Source of the DNA: Octopus vulgaris
Taxonomy: Eukaryota
NCBI GenBank assembly: GCA_951406725.2
Contig: OX597837.1
Coordinates: forward strand, 42,098,001 to 42,162,000
Direction: 5' to 3'
DNA length: 64,000 bases
Of this stretch, positions 1 to 11,829 are shown piece by piece. Position 1 is the stretch's first letter; each line of letters starts with the position of its first letter. The translations under genes were made by a program, and so were the position numbers. The notes below the pieces were generated by a model. It was not told the DNA's origin and did not search any database. It was given only the letters and a program-made list of their open reading frames with translations.

Positions 1-74
1 GAACACAGAAAGAAACAAGGAGAGAAAATAAAGAATGTGTAGTGGCTAGCGATCTATCATGGCAATATCATGGC
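1..74 (-). mobile_element. Fragment of Penelope-like terminal repeat (same family as 32128-32320), truncated by window edge
   Basis: Reverse complement of 1-63 (gccatgatagatcgctagccactacacattc...ctctccttgtttctttctgtgttc) aligns with 32132-32191. It is adjacent to a (TA)n tract. Confidence 0.7.
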
Positions 75-241
75 AAAAATATATATATATATATAGTTTA
101 CAGTTTCATTACACAAAAAAAGTACTCCATCTAATGAGAGATAATTATCGTTTAATATACACATTTTACAAAAGAGCTACTAATAGCGTCATGCTTTAGT
201 GACACAGTAAGTTGCTAATCTATATTATAACAACATACCAT

Positions 242-313
242 TTATCTCCAAGTAATCTTTCAAGCCCAGTGCATATCAATCTGCACTGAGCCTGAAAGAT
301 TACTTGGAGATAA
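242..313 (-). other. 72-nt hairpin with 32-bp arms, pre-miRNA-like or MITE remnant
   Basis: 242-273 is the reverse complement of 282-313 with 2 mismatches, both of which become G-U pairs on the minus strand. Loop is 8 nt. Confidence 0.6.
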
Positions 314-361
314 CAATGTTTAATATGAGGGAATGGAAAAGGAGACACTAAGAATGATGAG

Positions 362-665
362 GTGGAGGCACATGGCCTAGTGGTTGAGCAGCAGACTCAT
401 GGTTGAGGGATTGTGGGTTCGAATCTCAGACCGGGCAATGTGTGTGTTTATGAGTGAAACACCTAAGTTCCACGCGGCTCCGGCAGAAGGTAATGGTGAA
501 CTTCTGCTGACTCTTTCCCCACAACTTTCTCTCACTCTTTCCTCCTGCATCTTGCAGCTCACCTGCGACAGACCAGTGTTCCATCCAGGTGGGGAACCTT
601 ATACACCAAGGAAACCAAGAAACCGGCCCTTATGAGCCAGGCATGGCTCGAGAAGGAACAAACAA
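362..665 (+). mobile_element. tRNA-derived SINE (family D-related)
   Basis: A box TGGCCTAGTGG and B box GGTTCGAATC. The 3' part (cctgcgacagaccagtgttccatccagg...gaaaccggccc) resembles the 17590-18099 copies. AACA tail. Confidence 0.8.
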
Positions 666-940
666 GAATGATGAGAGGAAGGTGAACAGTGGATGTAGTT
701 AGTTGCTTTGGATGGGAGTGGCACAACTTGCTTACTAATACTAATAAATGAAGTGAATTAGAATCAGTGCATGTGTTCATTATTGGCATAAAGACCTTCC
801 TGAGAAATAATTTCCAAAGTATGACTGAGAGATTAACCTTTATTTTTTTCCCCACCTAATAATATTTAACAGTTTTTTCAATGAGAGTTCTCTGAAACAC
901 CTTAGCCAGAGGTGGGGGCACTGACCTAATTTTTGTTTTG

Positions 941-1374
941 GGTTGGCTGTGTGGTAAGAAGGTTCCTTCTCAATCACATCGTTTCAGGTTCAGTCACGGT
1001 TTGTGAAACTTTTGATAAGTGTCTTCAACTATAGCCCCAGGCAACCCAAAGCCTTGTGAATGGATTTGGTAGACAGAAACTGAAAGGTATCTGTCATATG
1101 TGTGTGTGTGTGTGTGTATGTGTGTGTGTGTGTGTCTGTGTGTGTTCCACTGTCTCATTTGCTTGATATCACGTGATAGTTCTGAGCGTCACCATCATGC
1201 AAGCATTGACCTCTGTTTCCAATCTTCCAAGATGTCTGGTCATGGAAAAATATTACCTTACTTGGAAATAGGTAGCAGTTGGCAACAGGAAGAGCAGCTA
1301 GCCATAAAAAAAAAGACTTACCTCAACAAATTCTGTTTAATACACATGAGCATAGAAAAGAGAATGTAAAATGC

Positions 1375-1406
<32 letters not shown>

Positions 1407-1428
1407 ATGATTATGATGATGATGATTA
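941..1428 (+). mobile_element. SINE with family-A tRNA head and family-C (RTE-like) tail ending in (GAT)n
   Basis: Head tggctgtgtggtaag...ggttcagtc...aaagccttgtgaatggatttggtagac matches family A. The 3' end gttggcaacaggaagagc...(GAT)n matches family C. Confidence 0.7.
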
Positions 1429-1748
1429 CGTTGAATATAAATAAGTTGATATTTTCTTGAAATGTTGCATGGCAAAAGGTTGATATTTTATAAGTGGAAA
1501 AATTCCTAGGAGCTGTTGGCAGCATTCCAAGATGTCTTGGAATGCTGTTTGAAAAGTCAGAAAAATTTAAAGCCACCAATATTTCATATTTCATGTATGA
1601 ATGCAAGTAAAGCCACGACAAAAGAAGGTGCGGAGCTGAAGGAGACGCTTTATGGAATCTAGTCTGGTGCATCGCATTAGTGCTTGCAAAGTCTGCTTTT
1701 AATGGTTTTTATAAGATCAATAAAATAAACAGTAAAGTTTTTTTTTTT

Positions 1749-1956
1749 TTACTTGTTTCAGTCATTTGACTGCGGCCATGCTGGGGCACCGCCTTTGATC
1801 GAGCAACTCGACCCCCGGGACTTATTCTTTTGTAAGCCCAGTACTTATTCTATCGGTCTCTTTTGCCGAACCGCTAAGTAACGGAGACATAAACACATCA
1901 GCATCGGTTGTCAAGCAATGCTAGGGGGACAAACAGACACACAAACACATACACAC

Positions 1957-2011
<55 letters not shown>

Positions 2012-2176
2012 TACGATGGGCTTCTTTCAGTTTCCGTCTACCAAATCCACTCACAAGGCTTTGGTCGGCCCGAGGCTATAGTAGAAGACACTTGCCCAAG
2101 GTGCCACGCAGTGGGACTGACCTGGAACCATGCGGTTGGTAAACAAGCTACTTACCACACAGCCACTCCTGCGCCT
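1749..2176 (-). mobile_element. SINE family A (tRNA head, internal TA/TG microsatellite, CR1-type tail)
   Basis: Minus strand reads ggcgcaggagtggctgtgtggtaag (A box), then gcaccttgggcaagtgtc (CORE-like), then ggcggtgccccagcatggccgcagtcaaatgactgaaac. More than 10 copies or fragments occur in the window. Confidence 0.9.
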
Positions 2177-2244
2177 ATTGTTTAGTATTCTGAAATGTAT
2201 TGAATCCATTGATCCTAAACTCCGTGCACTAAACAAGGCCTATA

Positions 2245-2476
2245 CCTATTTCTTTACTACCCACAAAGGGGCTAAACACAGAGAGGACAAACAAGGACAG
2301 ACATAGGTATTAAGTCGATTATATTGACCCCAGTGCGTAACTGGTACTTAATTTATCGACCCCGATACGCTGAAAGGCAAAGTCAACCTCGGCGGAATTT
2401 GAACTCAGAACGTAATGGCAGATGAAATATGGCTTCGCATTTCGCCCTGAGTGCTAACGTCTCTGCCATCTCGCTG
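2245..2476 (-). mobile_element. SINE family B
   Basis: Matches 27008-27241: tggcagaaacgttagc, then gagttcaaattcc (B box), then gcctttcatcctttcggggtcgataaattaagtaccag. Confidence 0.85.
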
Positions 2477-2841
2477 CCCTATACCTGAAGTAGTGAAGGA
2501 AGACAATGGTTCAAAATCTGGTGGGGGAACGAAAAGTGATGCAAGTGGAGGGTACAGTGAAAAGTGAACTATGCTCAAATGTTTCTTAGTTAAAAACAAT
2601 ATTTTGCAGATAGAGCGAAAGGTTTGTTTATGATTCGGAGACAATAAACTGATTATTGAAAAACCCTAGCTTCTGTTTTTTTTTTTTCTTTTTTTTTGAT
2701 TTGAAAAAAACCAAAAAAAAAAACCAGAAAGAATTAGCAAGAAGATTGAATATTTTTATGACAAAAAAAACCTTTCTTGCTATGCAAGAACAAAACTCAT
2801 TTAACAGATTATATATGTACAGGTACGTGTGTATATGTGTG

Positions 2842-2899
<58 letters not shown>

Positions 2900-3580
2900 A
2901 ATATGTGTGTGTGTTCTCAGTTTTAAATTTAGTGTTCTTTTGATAAAGACAGGAATATATTTAAGGTAAGATGTCATAAAAACAGTTCGCATAAAACATT
3001 CAGTTACCTGAACATTTTTTTTTATATATATATATATATATAATTATCTTACTTTTTTTTTTTAATAATGTTTTCAGTTTTATTTTTCACCCATTTTCTT
3101 CAGAGATGTTCAATTCTAAAGAATTCAGTTGTGATAAGGTGGGAAGATGTTTTTTTTTTCTTCCTTTTTTTGTTGTTGTTTTAATTTTTTCTTTTCTTTT
3201 CATTCTTACAACCAATAATAGTTCCAGTAAAGGATCATTAATTTTCATCTTATTCCTAATCTCAAGAACCCAAAGAGATACAAAAGTTATGATTATATTC
3301 CTATATATATTTTCAGCTTTTTTTCTTTTATACCTTTCTATATGTGCAACATACAGTTGAAGGAGAAAAAAATGCTAAGTTGAAACTTAGTATTAATGGT
3401 TGGACAATATATATTACATACGCTAGATATGTGCGTTTGTAATATATATATTATTTATGTGTATAGTATATGTATCTATATTATATATGCACACATTATA
3501 CATATATAATATAAATATATTAAAATACACACACATATCATATATATGTGTGTGTGCGTGTATGTGTATATGTGTGTATG

Positions 3581-3589
<9 letters not shown>

Positions 3590-3611
<22 letters not shown>

Positions 3612-3690
3612 ATACAGACATACATATTATATGTGTGTGTGTATATGTGTGAGTATATATATGTATGTATGTTTGTGTATATATATAAAG

Positions 3691-3722
<32 letters not shown>

Positions 3723-4010
3723 CAGACATACATATTATATGTGTGTGTGTGTATATGTGTGAGTATATATATGTATGTATGTTTGTGTATATATATAAAG
3801 GTGTGTATATATATATATATATATAATACAGACATACATATTATATGTGTGTGTGTGTATATGTGTGAGTATATATATGTATGTATGTTTGTGTATATAT
3901 ATAAAGGTGTGTATATATATATATATATATAATACAGACATACATATTATATGTGTGTGTGTGTATATGTGTGAGTATATATATGTATGTATGTTTGTGT
4001 ATATATATAA

Positions 4011-4058
<48 letters not shown>

Positions 4059-4160
4059 CAGACATACATATTATATGTGTGTGTGTATATGTGTGAGTAT
4101 ATATATGTATGTATGTTTGTGTGTATATATAAAGGTGTGTGTATATATATATATATATGT
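3590..4160. repeat. Five-copy minisatellite (~106-124 bp unit) built from TA/TG microsatellites
   Basis: The anchor taatacagacatacatattatatg recurs at ~3610, 3718, 3824, 3930 and 4054. Confidence 0.9.
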
Positions 4161-4212
4161 ATTATATATATGTATGTATATATGTATGTATGTATGTATA
4201 TATATATGTATG

Positions 4213-4254
<42 letters not shown>

Positions 4255-4557
4255 AAATATATAAAAATACAACTGGTGAGAAATAAATTTGGTTTCCATA
4301 TTTTATTTTTTTGCCAACAATTTTTCTGTTTGTTTCGTTTCTGTTATATTTCATTTTTTGTTAATTATGAACCACAATCTTCATGAAGCAGATTGCTTCA
4401 AGGGAACAGATAATCAAGGCATGGAACACTGGAGTTGAAATAAGGTAGTGTTACAAAATAGTCAAATCTTATTAGAATTGCTGTTATTTGCTTGAAACGC
4501 ATTCAACTTGAACAAGCACTCACTCACTCCCTCACACATACATTCACTCAACAACAT

Positions 4558-4605
<48 letters not shown>

Positions 4606-4744
4606 TATTGTAATACAGTTGTCTATCGTAATATTTCACAGCCATTGTAAGTGTCTATATACTTCATTCCTTAAACAAATCGCATTGTCTCATATATAGA
4701 CGCATACATAAGTGTATGTATGTGTGTGAGTGAGAGAATATATA

Positions 4745-5343
4745 CAGGGTGTGATGGGTAAATTGTCGCCATTTTATAGTTTTAATTTTGTGCATGGTCA
4801 GAATTGTAGGGTCAGTTGGGCACCGTCTGAGGAAAACAGTACCATGACGTAATTCACTCTGCCAGAATTTGGAGATGACATGCTGTGCTGGAAGCTCCAA
4901 TATGAACATTTCAGAGTGTCTGGGTGTCAATGTGAGGACAGCGCAGAGGATTCGGAAAGAGTAGGAGGTGCATAATGGTGATTATGAAAGTACGGCAGCT
5001 CAGAAAACTCACTCTGATCATTCTGATAAGAAAACAACTCCTGAATTTGTTGGTGAGATCCAGGCCATGATTGACAAGAATCCTTCCAAGTCAGTGAGGT
5101 CCATCACCAGGGACATGGGTGTGTTTGAATTTCTTATCAGGCAGATAGTGCAATAAGACATTCGGTATTCCTCATACAAGATGAGAGAAAGGGCCAATTT
5201 TTCTCTCAAGCCATCAAGGACAAGAGGAAATATCACACTACGAAGCTTTTAAACAAACCCAAGCATCCCCTCCAACTGAACATGCCTTGGTTTTTTCTCA
5301 GAGGAGAAAATTTTCTGCCAGGATCAGATGGTGAACACACAGA
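4745..5343 (+). mobile_element. Tc1/mariner-superfamily transposon 5' half with degraded transposase (maT/DD37D-like)
   Basis: Left end TA|CAGGGTG. Translation gives TPEFVGEIQAMIDKNPSKSVRSITRDMGV..LIRQIVQ*DIRYSSYKM (HTH region), then, after frameshifts, a WFFS(D)EKIF-like segment around the first catalytic residue. Truncated afterwards. Confidence 0.85.
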
Positions 5344-6980
5344 GGTTGTGAATAATGTTGTTCTGAGTTAGATGCTTTTTGTAAGTAATCAGATTCTTTG
5401 CTGTCACAAGTTAGATTTTTGCAGTTACTGCTCAAGACAGATAATTCCATCTGAACAAATTGATTTGGTCAAGATGGAATAATCCTCATATTCTAAGTTC
5501 AAATACCACCAAGGTCAACTTTACTTTCATCTTTTTGGGATCAATAAATTAAGTACCAGTTGTGTACTAGGGTTGAAAGGATAGGAACAATTAATACAGT
5601 GGACAAAATGTTTTGTGGCATTTCTGCTGGCTCTTTATAATCTGAGTTCAAATCCTTTCAAGGACAAACTTTTCCTTCCATCTGTTCAGGGTTCATAAAA
5701 TAAGTACAGGTCTAGCACAAGGGTTGATCTAATTGGTTTACCCCTATCTCCTTAAAATTGCTGCCCCTGGAGTCCGAAATTTTAAATAATTATTATTCCA
5801 TGACTAGACTGACATCACTGATGCTAACAGCGTCGTTAATTCTTTTTATTTGTTCATATATCTAAAGTCGGTATACACCCCTCATCAATGAAAGAAAAGA
5901 ATGGATGTATACATCGATTAAATTTCTCTTTGACTGATGTCAAGTGCCAATGGAATTATTACAATGGCGACTGGAACGAAATCAAAGATATTTGGAATAA
6001 CTTAAAGGCAAAGATTTATTTGGAATAAATTAAAATTACAAAACGAAATAAACAATTTATATAAAAAAAAGAATAAACGACAAAATATTATTAAAATTGC
6101 ATAAAATTTTCCAAATGAAATGCATGATAATTTTCATAATTTCTTATGCTAATATTACATGGTAAACACCAGTTTTGGATTTAATAACAATAATGAAAGC
6201 CATGTTAAAATAGGAAATAATGACAACGGAAAAAGAAAACACAATGGTTGAACTTCACTGGGGGAATGGTGTGTGTTTGGTTACACGAGTTGCTCATAAC
6301 ACATTCCTCATAACCTCTGATTTATATAAAGTGGTGGTGGTGGTGGTGGTGGTGAGGTACATATACAACGAAAACAAACAAAACAAAAAAAAAAACAGAA
6401 TAAGAGAGAAATAATGAAATAATAGGCAGTTTAGAGGAATGTGTTAAAATGGTGGAGGGTGTGAACAAAAGAGACATTCTGATTGATTTTCATTAATTGC
6501 TTATTAAAACGATGAAAGTGTTTGGAAACTTTCCAAAAGAAATACACTGGAAAATTTTTAATAGAGATTTATTGAAAGTAAAAAGAAAAAAAAAGAGAAA
6601 AAGAATAGGAAAAAAAAAAAAGAGAGAGAGAGAGAAAGAGACAATGGGTGTATAAAGGTAGTCAGGAGGATTGAATATGACTCTGATGTATGGTTGAATT
6701 ATTTCCCAATTGTGACAACATATCAATTAAAAATATTTAAATAAATCCAAAGAAGTTTTTAAAATAAATAAAAAATGAAGAGCAAAAAAAAAAAACCAAA
6801 AGTCTGCCAAGGTATTTTAAGAGTAATTTGAAAGGCACTTGAGTAAAATGCCGGGTGAAAAGAAGTTGAATGGCAGGAATTATGGAGTGGAGCAGGAGTA
6901 AGGGGAAAAAACGAAATGGCATGGAGCTTCCATGGTCAGGAAAATTTCAGGCTGGCTTTAAAAACATAAAGCAGAAGACT

Positions 6981-7312
6981 TCATCATCATCGTTTATTGT
7001 CCATTTTCCATGCTAGCATGGGTTGGATGGTTCGACCGGGGTCTGGGAAGCCAGGAGGCTGCACCAGGCTCCAGTCTGATCTGACAGTGTTTCTACAGCT
7101 GGATGCCCTTTCTAATGCCAACCACTCCATGAGTGTAGTGGTGGTGCTTTTTACATGCCACCAGCACAGGGGCCAGGCAAGGCTAGCAACGGCCATGATC
7201 AGTTGGTCCTTTTTACATGCCACTGGCACGGAATCCAGTCAAGGCAGTGCTGGCAACGGCCACGTTCGGATGGTGCTTTTTACGTGCCACCGGCACAGGT
7301 ATCACAACTTCA
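6981..7312 (-). mobile_element. SINE family C (RTE-related, (GAT)n tail, internal ~55-bp repeats)
   Basis: Minus strand has gttggcattagaaagggcatccagctgtagaaac...catgctagcatggaaaatggac...gatgatga and repeated ggcacgtaaaaagcacc units. Confidence 0.85.
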
Positions 7313-7319
7313 ATTTTCA

Positions 7320-7709
7320 ACTGGCAGCAATAGCCGGCTGTAGTTGTAACTGGGCTTCATGTACCTATGCATGTCGTTTAAGTCCTCCTGCCGAATTACA
7401 CTCTCTTCCACATGCCTGACAGATATGATTAGTATGGTGTGTTACACCACCACCAGTGGCCAGGTTGTCACTCATCTGTCTCGTTTTATGACTACGAAGA
7501 TGACTCTTGAGTCCAGCTTTACTGAGGCAGGGTCTTGCACAGACACTGCATGTCAGCATCATAGGAAGACCCTTCCCATCTGGAAGTGTAACAGCGATGC
7601 CCTTCCTGACATCCTTCCTTACTTTCTCATGCGCAACTCGAGATTTCTCAAAAGTCCCCTCATGCACAATCCTTCTCCACCTGCTATGATCAATAGCTAT
7701 GCCCTCCCA
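7320..7709 (-). mobile_element. RTE-clade LINE ORF C-terminal fragment with two C2H2 zinc fingers
   Basis: WEGIAIDHSRWRRIV matches the RTE WE..A.DR..WR motif. It is followed by CSVCARPCLSKAGLKSHLRSH and CQACGRECNSAGGLKRHA*VH, with an in-frame stop in finger 2. Confidence 0.8.
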
Positions 7710-7783
7710 TGTATGTATGTATGTGTATATATACATACGTACATACATACATATATATATTGAAGAAGAATAGGTTCCTTTAA

Positions 7784-8003
7784 CCCTTTAGCATTCAGAT
7801 TACTGTGTCAAATGCAATTCTCATTTATTCACAATGTTTTGGGTTAATTATGCGACATCTTGTAGCATCAAGGTTTCAAATATATGACTGTTTATTTTTA
7901 GAATGATATTCTAGGGTAGATGTGAGAAACCAGATCTGACCAGTTTGAAAAAAAAAACAGGTTGATATTTTGACCAGATGTGGCTGGTTTAAATGCTAAA
8001 GGG
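7784..8003. mobile_element. TTAA-type (piggyBac-like) MITE, family 1, 220 bp
   Basis: TTAA|CCCTTTAGCATT ... AATGCTAAAGGG|TTGA. Related pieces at 10560-10735, ~20890-21551 and 42692-43335. Confidence 0.8.
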
Positions 8004-9171
8004 TTGAAAGTTCCCAAGGCCAAGTGTTGGGCTTAACTTTGGTAACATATTAAGCTTACAACCTAGAACAGAAATGATCCCTCCAGGAAGCTTCCACACG
8101 GTTTTGGTTAACCAAATTCCACTCACAAATCTTTGGTTGGTCCAAGACTAAAGTAAGACACTTGTCCAAGGTTATGCAGTGGGATGAAACTAGGAATTAC
8201 ATGGTTGCAAAACAAACATCTTAACCAGAGAGCCAACCATAAATTGGCAGCAAGCCTTTTAATTATTATTAGCAACGAAGCCATATGAAAATACATAAGT
8301 AAATAAATAAATAAATACATACATACGAGCATGTCTGAAACTATATACTGGGGCTGAGCCAGTCTATATTCCTATGATGATAGTGCATATTGATAATGTA
8401 GAGCTGATCTAGATGTTTTATAGCCAGATATAAAAGATTACTATCTCATGTTTCTAACCTCAGATCCTGCAGGGGTCAACTTCACCTCATCTCCTTCCAT
8501 TCAGTTGATAAAACTATGTAGTTGCAACATCTTATCATTGATGAGTATATTGACTCTACTCATATATAAATATATTATATACACTGCTCATAAAGAAAAA
8601 ATAAAATTCCTTGTGATCAATGTAGAAATCAATATTAGCTGATATTCCTAAATGTTTCAAATATGTTTGTTATTCATACTGGGATCAATATGTTAGGTTA
8701 TTTAGATTGCTGGTCATTCTATATTCATAATAATGATCCGAAGTCTATGTTGGATGAAGCTCCGACAAGACAACATTGATTTTACAGGCATTTAAACAGC
8801 AATTTCATTAGCAGTCGCAGCACGAAGTCTAGTTTGCTATGGCCTGTTGTGCTTAAATATCATGCATCATCAAAACGGCCGTGAGGGAAAAGGACCGCAG
8901 ACTGGTACTCTGCATACTAAATACATATGCATTAAGATCTCCTACTTAGGTAATACAGTGAATTAGAAAATTGCAATTAACCAAGATTATTCATGTAGTC
9001 AAAAAGACAAAGACTTCCTCTAAGTCGTTTAACCCTTTTGATATCAATCTACCTGAGTCCACCCTTAGTTCTCTAATATAGATTTATCCCTTCAAGGTGA
9101 TCTTTATCTTAACATCCACTTTTTCATGCTCATATGGGTCGGACGATATTTATTGAGGTGAATTCTCTACA

Positions 9172-9400
9172 GGTGGAGAGCTGGCAGAAATGTTAGCACA
9201 CCAGTCGAAATGCGTAGCAGTATTTCGTCTGCTGTTACATTCTGAGTTCAAATTCCACCGAGGTTGGCTTTGCCTTTCATCCTTTCGGGGGCGATTAAAT
9301 AAGTACCAGTTACACACAGGGGTCGATGTAATTGACTTAATCCGCGTGTCTGTCCTTGTTTGTCCCCTCTATGTTTAGCCCCTTGTGGATAATAAAGAAA
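9172..9400 (+). mobile_element. SINE family B
   Basis: ggtggagagctggcagaaatgttagc...gagttcaaattccaccgaggt...tttagccccttgtggataataaagaaa. Confidence 0.85.
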
Positions 9401-9794
9401 CAGGTGGATGTCCTTCCTGTCACCAACCCTTTATCTGTTTCCAAGTAAGGTAATATTTTCCCCCCATGACCAGACATGTTCTCATAGAAGACTGGAAACA
9501 AAAGATACTGCTTGCGTGATGGCGACACACGTTTACAACTGTTACATGAGGCCAAGTCAAGGAGACAGTAACATACACACACAGACAAACACACAAACAC
9601 ACATACATACATACAAACATAGATATATATGTGAATTTGCTGGCCTTGTGCCAAAATATGAAATCATCATCATCATCATCATTATATTATAAAGATTGAC
9701 ATAACTCTTCACAAAGGTAAATAGACAAAGGTAAATAGAATCTCTTTATCTCTCTCTGGCTAGGTCCCAATATTTCTCATTTTTCTAACCTTAA

Positions 9795-10100
9795 CGGTTA
9801 GGGTATTCAAATCCCGACTGTAAGGTCATGGATTTGATCCCCAGTGGCGCATTGTGTCCTTGAGCAAGACACTTCATTTCATGCTGCTCCATGTCACTCA
9901 GCTAGCAAAAATGAGTTGTACGTGTAATTCAAAAGGGCCAGCTTTGTCAAATCCTGTGTCACACTGAATCTCCCTGAGAACTATGTGAATGGTATGCATG
10001 TCTGTGGAGCGCTCAGCCACTTGCATGTTAATTTCACAAGGAGGCAGTTCTGTTGATCAAATCAACAGGAACCCTCATCACTATAGCCAACAGAATGCCA
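9795..10100 (+). mobile_element. tRNA-derived SINE, family-D head with a different 3' half
   Basis: Degenerate tRNA head, then gtgtccttgagcaagacacttcatttc...cactcagctagcaaaaatgagt, shared with family D. Confidence 0.7.
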
Positions 10101-10559
10101 GTTATTTAGGTATATACACACATACACACAACAGGTTTCTTTCAGTTTCAGTCTACCAAATCCACTCACAAGGTTTTGGTCAGTTCAAAGTTATAACAGA
10201 AAACACAAACCAATTTGCCACAATGTGAGACTGAACCAGGAACCATGTTGTTGCAAACAAGCTTCTTACCAAATAGCCATGTCTGCACATCAAAATTAAA
10301 ACCTTTCGTCAAAATTTCAGGTTAATTTAAGCTTCAAAATGACAAAGTTATTTTACTAAATATTTCCAAAATTAACTGAGACAAAAGCAGCTTATTTCAA
10401 CAGAGATACAGAAACAAAAGGGTTAAAATTTAAAAACAAAAACCAAGGGATATAACTCATGTGAAATCAATTGATTGAAATATTTCAAAAATATAGACAT
10501 GAGATTTAGATGAGAATAGATCAAGTTTTTAGTGCCAACAGGTGAAAGCAAAGATATGT

Positions 10560-10735
10560 CTTATCTTCAAATCAGCCACAGCTGGCCTCTCACACATACT
10601 CTACAATGTCATTTTAAAGATAAACAATCACATCATTGAAATCTCAAAGCCACAAGACAATGCATGATTAATTTAAAACAACGTGAATAGATAGGCATTA
10701 CATTTGACAAAGCAATTTGAATGCTAAATGGATAA
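10560..10735. mobile_element. Partial TTAA MITE family 1 (empty-site paralog for the 42821 insertion)
   Basis: Contains ctacaatgtcattttaaagataaacaatcacatcattgaaatctc with a single CACATCATTGAA, and ends aatgctaaatggataa. Confidence 0.75.
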
Positions 10736-11733
10736 GGCATGACAGTTTAGAGCTGTGGTAAGAGACCTTGCTCAAGGTGCCTGCCATGTAGTGGGACTGA
10801 ATCCAAAACCATGTAGTTGCAAAGTACAAACTTCTTAACTACACAAAAATAACAATTTTTTTTAAAAAAAGAAATTCGATAAATTCTGAAACAGGAATGG
10901 TATTTATTTGCAGCCACTTGAAAACATGAGTCTTAAGATTGCCTAGATTTAAAACAAAACAAAATAATAATCTTAAATTGCAAAAAAAAAAAAAAATTTT
11001 TTTTTGAAAAGAAAAAAAAAAAACAACCTATAGTAAAATTTGAACTCTTGAAGATGTAAATTGCAGCCCATCAACTCAACATCAAAACTGCTATGCCTTC
11101 TGACAAATGTTAAAATGAATTCTCTCCTTTACAAGCAGAGATAATGAAAGAAATGAAATATAACCAAAAAAACCCAAAAAAAACTAAATAAACATCAAAC
11201 ACACCCACACACACACAAACACACACACACACACACACACATATACATACACACACACACATATACACACACAAACACACAAATATGAAATAGCAATTCA
11301 GAAAGATTCAGACAGATGATTATTAAAACAAATTTTTCTTTAAATAACAAATCAGTTTTTTTTTTCTTCATCTTCTTCTTCTTCTTCTTCATCATCTTCT
11401 TTTCCTGTTTTGTCTTTTCATTTTACGTTTTTTCTTTCCTCTGATTAAAACCAGACAAAGATCTTTGCCTTTATTTTTTATTTATTTTCTTCTTTTCGGT
11501 GTTTTTTTTTTTTGTCTTTCTTGTTTTTTACTTTTGTTATTTTCTCTCTTTCTTTCCCATTTTGCTGCTGAGATAAAAAAGCACATCTCGATGACTCTTG
11601 AGATATACTTCTTCCCTAGGAAAGAATAGAATTGTTATCACTTTGCTATCATCAACATCACTACCATCATCATCACTTCCACCAACACCAATCCATCACA
11701 ACTATTGTGTAGTCATTTATTACTATCATGGTC

Positions 11734-11775
<42 letters not shown>

Positions 11776-11829
11776 TGATGTTGTTGTTATTGTGGTGGTG
11801 CAATCAGATTAAGCATCTTCCAGTATTTA

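Larger units (their letters stand above)
9033..10422. mobile_element. TTAA-type MITE, family 2, split by nested SINE insertions
   Basis: Left end TTAA|CCCTTTTGAT and right end AACAAAAGGG|TTAA. The halves (9033-~9110 and ~10290-10422) resemble 25232-25451 and 58645-58873 in reverse orientation. Confidence 0.6.

Noticed and set aside
1918-2142. Recurrent ORF MLGGQTDTQ...RWASFSFRLPNPLTRLWSARGYSRRHLPKVPRSG (also at 21209, 30905, 50396)
   Set aside because: Antisense translation of SINE family A, not a gene family.
6997-7419. 140-aa ORF and relatives (LDALPNANHS motif)
   Set aside because: Antisense translation of SINE family C running into an RTE fragment.
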